A DNA stretch of 64,000 nt from an uncultured Chloroflexia bacterium (lineage in GTDB: Bacteria; Chloroflexota; Limnocylindria; Limnocylindrales; CSP1-4): assembly GCA_963807035.1 (NCBI GenBank), contig CAWEAL010000003.1, positions 569,782 to 633,781 of the forward strand, written 5' to 3'. The notes beneath the pieces are model-generated. The model saw only the letters and a program-made list of their open reading frames with translations. It searched no databases and had not been told where the DNA came from. Below are positions 50,626 through 59,423 of the stretch, in pieces (the stretch's first letter is position 1; every line of letters begins with the position of its first letter). Made by a program: the position numbers and the translations under genes.

Positions 50626-51902
50626 CCGGCCGGCTCAGTTCCCTCGAGCAGGCGGCGGTCGACTCGATCGACCGCGCCCGGATCGAGCGCGAGCTGCGAG
50701 CGATCCTGGCGATTCCCAGCGTGACCGGCGACGAGGAAGCGGTCCAGGCGGCGATGGCCGGCCTGATGGCGGAATCCGGCCTGCGAGTCGACCAGATCGC
50801 GACCGATCCGGCCGTGCTCGCGGCCGACCGCGACTGGCCGGGCAGCGAGGTCGAACGGACGAGCCTGCCGGTCGTGGTCGGCCGGACCGGGACTCCCGGC
50901 CGGCGGCGGGTCATCGTCCTCGGCCATGTCGACGTCGTCCCGGTCGGCGACGAATCGCTCTGGCAGAGCGGGCCCTGGCAGCCGACGCTCGTCGGCGACC
51001 GGCTCTTCGCCCGGGGCGCGGTCGACATGAAGGGCGGAGTGATCGCCGGCCTGGCCGCGGTCCGGGCCGCCGTCGCGGGAGCCGGTGCGGCGGGTCGCGA
51101 GCTCGACGGCGAGATCCTGTTCGTCAGCGTCCCCTCCGAAGAGGATGGCGGGGCCGGCATGCTGGCCGCGATCCGGGCCGGGGTCCGCGGTGATGCGGCG
51201 GTGATCCCCGAGCCGTCGGGCCTCGAGATCGTCACCGCCCACGCCGGGGCGATCACGTTCCGGCTGACGATCCGGGGCAAGGCGGCCCATGCCTCGAAGC
51301 GCCGGGAGGGTGTCTCGGCGCTCGACAAGCTGACCGTCCTGACCGATGCGCTGGCCGCGGACGAGGCAGCCCGCAACGCGGCGGAGACCCGGCCGCGGAT
51401 GGCGGCCCTCGGCCTGCCCTATCCCACGATCATCGGCAAGGTCCGGGGCGGCGAGTGGGCCTCGACCGTGATCGACTGGATCGTGGCCGACGGCCGCTAC
51501 GGGGTCCGGCTGGGCGACACCTGGCAGCAGGCGGAGGTCGAGCTGCGGTCGGCGATCGCAGCGGCCTGTGCCGCCGATCCGTGGCTGCGCGAGCATCCGG
51601 CGACAGTCGAGATCACCGGCGGCCGGTTCTCGTCGTCCGAGATCGTCGACGACCATCCCTTGCCGGCCGGCCTGGCGACGGCCGTCGCCGACGTCCTGGG
51701 CCGGCGGCCGCAGTTCCTGGCCGAGCCGTACGGTGCCGACATGCGCCTGCTGATCAACGAGGGCGGCACGCCGACGGTGATCTTCGGGCCGGGATCACCC
51801 GACGTCGCGCACGCCCCGAACGAGCAGGTTGCCCTCGCCGACGTGGTCCGCTGCGCTCGTGCCCTGGCCGTCTGGCTCCTGCGCGAGGTCGGCCCGGCCT
51901 GA
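50622..51902 (+). CDS. ArgE/DapE family deacylase (M20)
   Basis: GHVDVVP, ARGAVDMKGG, SEEDGG, PEP, GKAAHA, GADM, GPG..AHAPNE. Confidence 0.92.
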   Translation: MTGRLSSLEQAAVDSIDRARIERELRAILAIPSVTGDEEAVQAAMAGLMAESGLRVDQIATDPAVLAADRDWPGSEVERTSLPVVVGRTGTPGRRRVIVLGHVDVVPVGDESLWQSGPWQPTLVGDRLFARGAVDMKGGVIAGLAAVRAAVAGAGAAGRELDGEILFVSVPSEEDGGAGMLAAIRAGVRGDAAVIPEPSGLEIVTAHAGAITFRLTIRGKAAHASKRREGVSALDKLTVLTDALAADEAARNAAETRPRMAALGLPYPTIIGKVRGGEWASTVIDWIVADGRYGVRLGDTWQQAEVELRSAIAAACAADPWLREHPATVEITGGRFSSSEIVDDHPLPAGLATAVADVLGRRPQFLAEPYGADMRLLINEGGTPTVIFGPGSPDVAHAPNEQVALADVVRCARALAVWLLREVGPA

Positions 51903-51915
51903 CCGGCTGGCCGGG

Positions 51916-53289
51916 TCAGACCGGCGGGAACAGTTCGTCGAGGGCCGCCGCAAAGGCAACCGTGTGGGCGTCGACGTCAGCCTCGGTCGTGGCCGGGCTC
52001 ATCAGGGCCATGTTGTGGAACGGGGTCATCAGCACCCGCCGGTTCATCACGTAGAGGTGCAGGAAGCGCTCGAGATCGGGGTCGCTGGCCGCCCACTGCG
52101 CGGCGCCGTCGCGCGGCGGCTCGGGCAGGAAGTGGTACTCGGCCCGGCAGCCGAGGCGGGTGACGTGCCAAGGCACGCTCCGGGCGTGGATCGCGCCGGC
52201 CACGCCGGCGGTCCAGCGCTCGGCCAGCGGGATCATCCGCGCGAAGGCGGCCTCGGTCAGGACCTCGCCCAGGGTCGCCCGCACGGCGGCCAGCGAGAGC
52301 GCGTAGCCGGCAAGGGTCCCGCCGACCCCTCCGACGTCCGAGTTGTCGATCTCGAGCATCGCGTTGATCCGGTCGCCGAGCTCCTGGCTGAAGCCGTACG
52401 TTCCGACCGGGATCCCGCCGCCGATCGTCTTGCCGATGACCAGGATGTCCGGCTCGAGGCCGAAGGCCCGGGTGTAGCCGCCGGGACCGGCGCAGATCGT
52501 GTGGGTCTCGTCGATGATCAGGAGGGTGCCGTAGCGGCGGGTCAGCTCCCGGACGCCGTCGAGGTAGCCCGGCTCGGGCAGGACGATCCCGATGTTGGTC
52601 AGGGCCGGCTCGATCAGCAGGACGGCCACGTCCCGGTGGGCGAGGGCGGCCTCGAGGGCGGCCAGGTCGTTGTAGGGGACGACCCGGGTGGTGACCGACG
52701 GGTCGACCGGCGGGCCGATGTTGCCCTCCCGCTCGACGACCCGCCCGTCCGGGGCGAGGGTCGCGATCGTCTCGTCGACCGAGCCGTGGTAGCAGAAATC
52801 GTGGACGGCGATCTTCGGCCGGCCGGTGACCATCCGGGCCAGCCGGATCGCGAACCGGTTCGCGTCGGTGGCGGTCAGGGTGAACTGCCAGTACTTCAGG
52901 CCGAACCGGCGCTGGAGCTCCTCGCCGCACCACACCGCATCCTCGGTCGGCAGCATGTGGGTGATCCCCCGGCCGTGGATCTGGCGCTCGACGGCGGCGA
53001 CGGTCGGCGGCGCGCCGTGGCCGGCCATCGCCCCGGTGTCGCCCAGGCAGAAGTCGATATAGTCGTGGCCGTCGACGTCACGGAAATGGGCGCCGGAGGC
53101 GGTCTCCACGAAGAGCGGGAAGCCACCCGCCCACTTGACCATCCAGTTCATCGGCACGCCGGCGAGGAGCGAGCCGGTGGCCCGCTGGAACAGGGCGAAC
53201 GAGCGCGGGTTGTCCTCCCGGAACTGGCGGATCTCGCGATCCATCAGCGCCTGGAGCCGGCCGCGGTCGAGGACCCGGGGTTCGGTCAC
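51916..53289 (-). CDS. Class III PLP aminotransferase (GSA-aminomutase-like)
   Basis: GVPMNWM, DVDGHDYIDF, YHGSVD, IEP, IIDETHT, GKTIGGG, GGTLAG. Confidence 0.9.
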   Translation of the reverse strand: MTEPRVLDRGRLQALMDREIRQFREDNPRSFALFQRATGSLLAGVPMNWMVKWAGGFPLFVETASGAHFRDVDGHDYIDFCLGDTGAMAGHGAPPTVAAVERQIHGRGITHMLPTEDAVWCGEELQRRFGLKYWQFTLTATDANRFAIRLARMVTGRPKIAVHDFCYHGSVDETIATLAPDGRVVEREGNIGPPVDPSVTTRVVPYNDLAALEAALAHRDVAVLLIEPALTNIGIVLPEPGYLDGVRELTRRYGTLLIIDETHTICAGPGGYTRAFGLEPDILVIGKTIGGGIPVGTYGFSQELGDRINAMLEIDNSDVGGVGGTLAGYALSLAAVRATLGEVLTEAAFARMIPLAERWTAGVAGAIHARSVPWHVTRLGCRAEYHFLPEPPRDGAAQWAASDPDLERFLHLYVMNRRVLMTPFHNMALMSPATTEADVDAHTVAFAAALDELFPPV

Positions 53290-53336
53290 CCGGTCATCAT
53301 GCCCGGTCGGGGCGTGTCCCGGTGGGCTGTTCCCGG

Positions 53337-53525
53337 TTAGTTGATCCGGCGATTCAGGCCGCAGATCGGGCAGGTGGCCACGCCGGTCGACGCATCGAGC
53401 CGGAGGAGTGTGGCGCAGCCGTTGGTGGAGCAGAAGAGGGGGTGGGCGGCGGCGGCGCGCCGGCGCAGCCGGCGCATTGCCTGAGCGCGCATCGGCGCGG
53501 CGGCAGTTGAGGAACGGGTGAGCAT
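53337..53525 (-). CDS. Small basic protein with a C-terminal Cys4 zinc-ribbon-like motif
   Basis: MLTRSSTAAAPMRAQAMRRLRRRAAAAHPLFCSTNGC...TCPICGLNRRIN (62 aa); AGGA 9 nt upstream of the ATG; own promoter-like signals. Confidence 0.65.
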   Translation of the reverse strand: MLTRSSTAAAPMRAQAMRRLRRRAAAAHPLFCSTNGCATLLRLDASTGVATCPICGLNRRIN

Positions 53526-53576
53526 CGAGTAACTGATCCTGGTTGTTCTGACCGCTCGAACGAACCCGGGATAGGT

Positions 53577-53669
53577 GGGTCGGAGCGGACCTGGTTGAGT
53601 GCCAGGCGCGTCGCGGGAGCAAAGGTTCTGATGCTCTGACCTGCGACGCCGCTCTGGCGTTGACCCGAC
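53577..53669 (-). ncRNA. Candidate structured leader RNA (family not recognised)
   Basis: Complementary segments 53583-88/53649-54, 53590-94/53602-06 and 53608-14/53643-49, plus crossing pairs 53617-21/53632-36 and 53623-26/53639-42. Confidence 0.5.
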
Positions 53670-53670
53670 T

Positions 53671-53699
53671 AGGATCGCCCGGAACACCCGTTCTGTCAA
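53671..53699 (-). promoter_or_regulatory. Sigma70-type promoter with a LexA (SOS) box in the spacer
   Basis: Minus strand TTGACA-N17-GATCCT; GAAC-ACCC-GTTC at 53682-53693. Confidence 0.7.
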
Positions 53700-53723
53700 A
53701 CGGCCGATGGTCCGGGGTGACGA

Positions 53724-54263
53724 TCACCCGGCGCGGTGGTACCGCTCCATCAGGCGGGTCACGGCCAGGCGGGCGGCCCGCCAGTCTTCCTGGTCGGCCA
53801 GGATGTCCACCTCGGCGGTGCCCCACCGGGCGAGCTGGCTGATCGCCGTCACGACCGCATCATGGAGGAACTGGCGGCCCCGTCCGGCATCGATCACGCC
53901 GGTCACGAGGTAGCGCCGGACGAGCTCGAATGGCGCCCAGCCGTCGCCGACCCGGATCCGGTCGCCGACCCGGAGGGTTTCGAGCCATTCATCGTCCCCG
54001 ACCGGGTATCGCTCGTGCTCGACCAGGTGGTCGGCGATCGGCAGGCGCCGGGCCGGGCCACCGGGCGACGGCAGCAGGCCGTCGTCATCCGCGGTCCGAT
54101 AGCAGACCGGGCACGACGGCAGGCGGGCTTCGGCCGATGGCGCACTGCCGTACGGGATCCCGCACCGCCGGCAGTAGGCCACGGACCGATTGGGCTGGCC
54201 CGCGCCGCACTGGCGGCAGCTCAGGATGGGCGCGCCGGGGGCGGGTCGGGTCAGGCCGAGCAT
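53724..54263 (-). CDS. Hypothetical protein with multiple CxxC motifs
   Basis: CRQC, CRRC, CPVC and HLVEH, then a helical C-terminal domain. Confidence 0.7.
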   Translation of the reverse strand: MLGLTRPAPGAPILSCRQCGAGQPNRSVAYCRRCGIPYGSAPSAEARLPSCPVCYRTADDDGLLPSPGGPARRLPIADHLVEHERYPVGDDEWLETLRVGDRIRVGDGWAPFELVRRYLVTGVIDAGRGRQFLHDAVVTAISQLARWGTAEVDILADQEDWRAARLAVTRLMERYHRAG

Positions 54264-54420
54264 CGCTGGCCGGGGTGGGAATCTGGCACCCACCAATGAT
54301 CGCCGGTCGGTTCCCGCTTGCGAAGACCGCCGGGCGCTCCGTTGGTCCGGGGCGGCTTCGCCGTTCGTCCGGAATGGTGCCCGAGGGCACCGGCGACCGG
54401 GCCTTGGCCAAGCCCGGAGA

Positions 54421-55050
54421 TCAGTCGCCGAAGGGCTCGAGGTGCTCGAGAGGCTCGACCACGGCCGGCGCGACCACGGCCGGCGCGACCACGGCCGGCG
54501 GGAGCCTGGCTCCGTCGGAGCCGCCCGGCTCGGCGTCGGTCGTGAAGCCCCGGATGATCGTCGACTCGGCGCCCGGGAAGAAGAAGCCGAGCTCGAGGTC
54601 GCTCTCGATCTGGTCGACCGTGTAGCGGTTGACCCAGGCCAGCGGGTGATCGTCGACGCCGTCCTCCGGCCGGCCACCGAGACCGATCCGGACTTCGCCG
54701 AGGAGGACGAACGAGCCGCTCGGCCTGGCCAGGGCGCGGGCCGGGTCGAACCCGGGCAGCGTCGGCAGCCGGGCCTCGATGACGTACGGGCCGGCGTGGA
54801 TCCGGACGTCATGCCAGACGGAATGGGCCGGGCCGGACAGCTCGGGCGGCGCCACCACGATCAGGAAGTCATCGATCGCCTGGAGGGTCGTCCCATGAAC
54901 GGCGGTCACGCTGCCGTCAAGACGAGCGAACTGGCCGCCAGCGACCGTCACCCGTTCGACCGACCCGAGCAGGTCACCGAGCCGGCTGTCGGAATCGATC
55001 TCGCCGTGGCGGATGCCCTCGGCGGTGTAGGCCTCGAACCGAATCGTCAT
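54421..55050 (-). CDS. Hypothetical protein
   Basis: 209-aa ORF with globular composition (RLGDLL, LPTLPGFDP, WVNRY). Confidence 0.75.
   Translation of the reverse strand: MTIRFEAYTAEGIRHGEIDSDSRLGDLLGSVERVTVAGGQFARLDGSVTAVHGTTLQAIDDFLIVVAPPELSGPAHSVWHDVRIHAGPYVIEARLPTLPGFDPARALARPSGSFVLLGEVRIGLGGRPEDGVDDHPLAWVNRYTVDQIESDLELGFFFPGAESTIIRGFTTDAEPGGSDGARLPPAVVAPAVVAPAVVEPLEHLEPFGD
54456..54500. repeat. 15-bp tandem repeat x3 (intragenic)
   Basis: CGACCACGGCCGGCG three times exactly; encodes PAVV(A) repeats in the tail of ORF 54421..55050. Confidence 0.95.
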
Positions 55051-55168
55051 GCGACACCCCGATCAGACCGAGGTTGGCACGTTGGGGCGGCTCCGTCCCA
55101 CCGGTTTCCGTACCCGGCCGACCGATCCGTTCGTACCCCCGCCGGCGATCGCGCCCGGGCGGCACGGG

Positions 55169-56005
55169 TCAGTACGGCGGCCAGGGGATCGCCGGCCGCT
55201 CCGGGTCCGGCTGGGGAAACCGGCCCTCGACGATCAGGCGAGCGAGCCGGTCCCGGGTTGCGTCGACCTCCGCCGCCTCGAGCAGGCGGGCGAGGTGGCG
55301 GCCGAGGTCAGCGCCGAGCGCTGCCTGGAGTGCCTGGAGGGTGGCCAGCTCGGCCGGGTCGAACGGCTCGCCGCGCCAGGCCCACAGCACCGTCCGCAGC
55401 TTCGGCTCGTCGGAGAAGCAGACGCCGTGGTCCACGCCGTAGAGGTGCAGCGGCCGGCCGGAATGGTCGACCGGCTCGTCGCCGATCTCGGCCTCCGCGC
55501 CGGCCTCGAAGCCGCCGGCCGCCGGTCCCGGTTCCGGCATCGGGGCGGAATCGGGGCAGGCCGGCAGGATGTGGCCGCCCTTGCGGTCCGTGTTGTTGAC
55601 GACCGCGTCGAAGATCGCCAAGCGGCGGAGCCGCCGGTCGGAGGTCCGGACGAGATCCCAGGAATGGACGGCCGGGTCGGTCGTGACCCACAACTGGACC
55701 ATCCCCGGCCCGAACGGCCCATCCCGCAGGACGGTCGGCGGCACGATCCCCCAGCCGGTCGCGTCGGAGACGAGGGCGGCCGCCACCTCGCGATTGGCGA
55801 GCGTGCCGTCGGGGAAGTCCCATAGCGGCCGCTCGAAACGGACCGGCTTGTAGATCGCGGCCGCCTCGCGGCCGGCCGAGCGGACGACGGCGTACAGGGC
55901 CGCGTTCGAGGAGACCACGAGCCGGCCGTGGACGTCGAGCTCGCCCGAGCGGAGGAGCTCGATGGCGTCGGCACGGTCGAGCCCGGGCAGCCCCGGCAGG
56001 CTCAT
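55169..56005 (-). CDS. SCO1664 family protein (PI3/4-kinase-like)
   Basis: SN, IYKP..ERPLWDFP, REVAA, VPPT, FDAVVNNTDRKGGH, VDHGVCF, KLRTVLW, IPWPP. Confidence 0.92.
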   Translation of the reverse strand: MSLPGLPGLDRADAIELLRSGELDVHGRLVVSSNAALYAVVRSAGREAAAIYKPVRFERPLWDFPDGTLANREVAAALVSDATGWGIVPPTVLRDGPFGPGMVQLWVTTDPAVHSWDLVRTSDRRLRRLAIFDAVVNNTDRKGGHILPACPDSAPMPEPGPAAGGFEAGAEAEIGDEPVDHSGRPLHLYGVDHGVCFSDEPKLRTVLWAWRGEPFDPAELATLQALQAALGADLGRHLARLLEAAEVDATRDRLARLIVEGRFPQPDPERPAIPWPPY

Positions 56006-56009
56006 TGGC

Positions 56010-56582
56010 TCAGTTCAGGTAGGCGTTCGGGCGGACGCAGATGTGGCCCTGCGGGTCGAGCGGCTCGCCGCAGCGCGGGCAGAGCGGGCGGCCGGCGGCC
56101 AGCAGCCGGGCCGCCCTGGCCACGAATGCCCGGACCTCGGCCGGCGAGAGCCGGACCCGGATCAGGTCCGGCCCGTCCGCGTCGTCATCGTCGGCCAGGG
56201 CCGACTCGGCGACGGCCGCATCTTCCTCGTCGTCGTCGCTCAGGGCCGCCGCCTGGACCAGGACCATCCCCCGCCCGCTGTCCCAGCCGATCGTCATCGA
56301 GCCGATCCGGAAGGCCTCGACGAGCGGCTCGCCAAGCGGCTCGTCGTCGATCGGCAGCCCGGCGGCATCGGCCGGGATCCCCTCGATCCCGCGCTCCGCC
56401 AGGGCGTCGAGCAGCGCGGCAAGGTTCGCCGCGAGGACCGCCACCTGGGTCTTCTCGGCTGCGACGCTGACGATCGAGCCGCCCTGGCGCGCCTGCAGGA
56501 AGAACGCCCGGTGGCCGGGCTCGCCGACCGTGCCGGCAACGAACCGGTCGGGCGAATCGAAGGTGGAGATCCGACGGGTCAT
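56010..56582 (-). CDS. DUF3090 family protein
   Basis: RFVAGTVGEPGHRAFFLQA, EKTQV, AGRPLCPRCGEPLDPQGHIC..PN. Confidence 0.92.
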   Translation of the reverse strand: MTRRISTFDSPDRFVAGTVGEPGHRAFFLQARQGGSIVSVAAEKTQVAVLAANLAALLDALAERGIEGIPADAAGLPIDDEPLGEPLVEAFRIGSMTIGWDSGRGMVLVQAAALSDDDEEDAAVAESALADDDDADGPDLIRVRLSPAEVRAFVARAARLLAAGRPLCPRCGEPLDPQGHICVRPNAYLN

Positions 56583-57244
56583 GCGGGTGCCCCTGTGCGA
56601 CGCTTCGTTGGCTTCTTCTTCGGTTCGAGGAGGTCGGTCGGATCGCCGCCCTGGTCGTTCACCCGCAGGACGTATGGTCGCAGGCCGGTGTAGCGGACGG
56701 CGCTCAGGGAGGCCGGGCCGACGACGATCCGCTGGAACTGGTCGAGGTGAAGCCCGAGGGCGTCGGCCAGGATCGCCTTGATCACGTCGGCATGGCTGAC
56801 GATCGCGTAGGTCGCCTCCGGCCCGAGCCGCTCGTTCCAGTCGCGAACGGCGGCGACGGCCCGGGCCTGGGTCTCTCGCAGGGCCTCGCCGCCGGGGAAG
56901 GTCACGGCCGATGGGTGGGCCTGGACGGTCGTCCAGAGCGGGTCCTTGACCAGGGTCTTGAGCAGGCCACCTGTCCACGTTCCGTAGCGGACCTCGCCGA
57001 CCCGATCGTCGACGTGGCGCGCCGGCTGCGGATCCCGGCCGGCGGCGATCGCGTCGGCCGTGTCGAGGCAGCGCTCGAGCGGCGAGCTGACGATCGCCAC
57101 CAGGGAGATCGGCCCGAGGCGGGCGCCGAGGCCTTCGACCTGGCGCAGGCCGCGCTCGTCGAGGTGGACCCCCGGCGTCCAGCCGGTCAGCACCGGCCCG
57201 GTGAGGGCGGTCAAGCCATGGCGAACGAGCAGGACGGTGGTCAC
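56579..57244 (-). CDS. Histidine phosphatase, MSMEG_4193 family
   Basis: LVRHG, SSPLERC, GEVRYGTW, FPGGE, VSHADVIK, LHLDQFQR. Confidence 0.92.
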   Translation of the reverse strand: MTTVLLVRHGLTALTGPVLTGWTPGVHLDERGLRQVEGLGARLGPISLVAIVSSPLERCLDTADAIAAGRDPQPARHVDDRVGEVRYGTWTGGLLKTLVKDPLWTTVQAHPSAVTFPGGEALRETQARAVAAVRDWNERLGPEATYAIVSHADVIKAILADALGLHLDQFQRIVVGPASLSAVRYTGLRPYVLRVNDQGGDPTDLLEPKKKPTKRRTGAPA

Positions 57245-57328
57245 GGGAGACGAATGCTACCCCGGGCCGGGCGAAGCGGCACTCGCCCGGGCGGCCCGGA
57301 GTCCCAGGGCCGGCGGCTATGATCGGCC

Positions 57329-59362
57329 GTGATGGTTGAGCCGGCGAACCGTCCGCGAGCGATCCACCGTGGCCTGTCCGCCTTCGCCCGCCCGGACAGC
57401 GAGGCCGCCTGGCGGCCGGGTCCCGAGCACTTCTCGGAGGCTCGCGTCGCCCGGTTCATCCGGGCCGCCGGCCTCGACGACCTGGAATCCCTCCAGGCGC
57501 GAGCGATCGACGACCCCGGCTGGTTCTGGGGCGCGGCCGCCGACGACATCGGCGTCAACTGGCAGCGCCGGCCGCTGACGATCCTCGATACCGGCGACGG
57601 TCCGGCCCGGGCACGGTGGTGGGGAGGGGGAGCGTTCAACCACGCGGTCGCCTCGACCGAGCCGTGGGCCGCCACCCGGCCGGACGTCGAGGCCCTCGCG
57701 TGGGAGGGCGAGGACGGGGCGATCCGGCGCTACACCTGGGCCGAGCTCGACCGCTCCGTCCGGCTCGCGGCCCGGCGGCTGGCCGGCCTGGGGATCGGGC
57801 GCGCCAGCCGGGTCGGGATCTTCCTGCCGATGCTGCCCGAGACCGTCATCGCGGTCCTCGCGCTCGGCCGGCTGGATGCGATCTTCACGCCGATCTTCAG
57901 CGGCTACGCGGCGCCCGCGGTGGCGGCCCGGCTCGATGCCTTCGAGGCGACCCACCTGATCACCGCGGATGGCTTCCTGCGGCGGGGCGCGGTCGTGCCC
58001 CTCAAGGCGGTCGCCGATGAGGCGGCCGCGCTCGCCCCGACCGTCCGGCGGGTGATCGTCGTCCGGCGCCTGGCTGGCCCGCCGCTCGAGCATGACCCGG
58101 CCCGCCAGGTCACCTGGGACGCAAGTTGGGAGATGGAGCCCGCCGAAGGCCCGGGCCTCGACCAGTCGGACGAAGTGGCGCCGACGGACCCCGAGCTGCC
58201 CTACATGGTGATCTACACCTCGGGCACGACCGGCCGGCCGAAAGGCACCGTCCACGTCCACGGCGGCTTCCCGGTCAAGGCCGCCCAGGACCTCGCCCAC
58301 ACGTTCGACCTGCGGGTCGCCGACGCATTGTGCTGGTTCACCGACCTCGGCTGGATGATGGGGCCATGGGCGATCAGCGGGGCGCTGCTGCTCGGCGCCC
58401 GGCTGGTGATCTACGAAGGCGCGCCCGACTGGCCCGACCCGGGCCGGCTGTGGAGCCTGGTCGCGAGCCACGGGATCACCCACATGGGCGTCAGCCCGAC
58501 GTTGATTCGTTCCCTGCGCGTCCACGGCGAGGATCCGGTCAGGGCCCACGACCGGTCGAGCCTGCGGGTCCTGGGCTCGACCGGGGAGCCATGGAACCCG
58601 GAGCCCTGGCAGTGGCTCTTCTCGGTCGTCGGCGGGAGCCGCCTGCCGATCGTCAACTACAGTGGCGGGACCGAGGTGAGCGGCGGGATCGTCGGCTGCA
58701 GCCTCCTTCGGCCGATCCGGGCGACCTCGTTCAACGGACCGTGCGTAGGGATGGCCGCCGACGTCGTCGATCCGACGGGCGCCCCGGTCCGCGGCGCGGT
58801 CGGCGAGCTGGCGATCCGCCGGCCCTGGCCGGGGATGACCCGGGGCTTCTGGGCCGAGCCGGACGACGAGCGCTACCTCGACGCCTACTGGCGGCGGATC
58901 CCCGGACTGTGGCTCCACGGTGACTTCGCGGCGACCGACGCCGATGGCTACTGGTATATCCACGGGCGCTCCGACGACACCTTGAAGGTGGCCGGCAAGC
59001 GGGTCGGCCCGGCCGAGGTGGAGGCCTGCGCGGTGGCCCACCCGGGCGTCATGGCGGCGGCCGCGATCGGCGTGCCCGACGAGCTCAAGGGTGAGGCGAT
59101 CGTCGTCCTGTGCGTCCCGCGGCCGGGGGTCGTATGGGACCCGACCATCGCCGCAGCGGTGGGCCAGCAGGTCGTCCACGAGCTGGGCAAGCCGGTTCGC
59201 CCCCGGGCGGTCGTGGCCGTCCCGGACCTGCCCCGGACGCGCAGCGGCAAGGTGATGCGGCGGGTCGCCCGGGCAGCCTTCCTCGGCCTCGATCCCGGTG
59301 ACCTGTCGGCCCTCGAGAACCCCGCCTCGGTCGAGGCAATCGAAGCTGCCGGCCGCACCTAG
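57329..59362 (+). CDS. Acetyl-CoA synthetase-like AMP-binding enzyme
   Basis: YTSGTTGRPKG, DLGWMMG, STGEPW, SGGTE, HGD, GRSDD, PRTRSGK. Confidence 0.92.
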   Translation: MMVEPANRPRAIHRGLSAFARPDSEAAWRPGPEHFSEARVARFIRAAGLDDLESLQARAIDDPGWFWGAAADDIGVNWQRRPLTILDTGDGPARARWWGGGAFNHAVASTEPWAATRPDVEALAWEGEDGAIRRYTWAELDRSVRLAARRLAGLGIGRASRVGIFLPMLPETVIAVLALGRLDAIFTPIFSGYAAPAVAARLDAFEATHLITADGFLRRGAVVPLKAVADEAAALAPTVRRVIVVRRLAGPPLEHDPARQVTWDASWEMEPAEGPGLDQSDEVAPTDPELPYMVIYTSGTTGRPKGTVHVHGGFPVKAAQDLAHTFDLRVADALCWFTDLGWMMGPWAISGALLLGARLVIYEGAPDWPDPGRLWSLVASHGITHMGVSPTLIRSLRVHGEDPVRAHDRSSLRVLGSTGEPWNPEPWQWLFSVVGGSRLPIVNYSGGTEVSGGIVGCSLLRPIRATSFNGPCVGMAADVVDPTGAPVRGAVGELAIRRPWPGMTRGFWAEPDDERYLDAYWRRIPGLWLHGDFAATDADGYWYIHGRSDDTLKVAGKRVGPAEVEACAVAHPGVMAAAAIGVPDELKGEAIVVLCVPRPGVVWDPTIAAAVGQQVVHELGKPVRPRAVVAVPDLPRTRSGKVMRRVARAAFLGLDPGDLSALENPASVEAIEAAGRT

Positions 59363-59423
59363 CCGGCAGCGCCTCCGGCGCCCGCGCCGGCCAATCTGGC
59401 GGTCCGGCCGCTATCCTGCGGCC

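Noticed and set aside
51916-53289. Calling the aminotransferase hemL or argD
   Set aside because: Motifs are only class III/GSA-like (FTLTATDAN instead of SGTEA); substrate cannot be assigned from sequence.
54456-54500. Tandem repeat as CRISPR or phase-variation tract
   Set aside because: No spacers or cas genes; the 15-bp unit is frame-neutral in a low-complexity protein tail.
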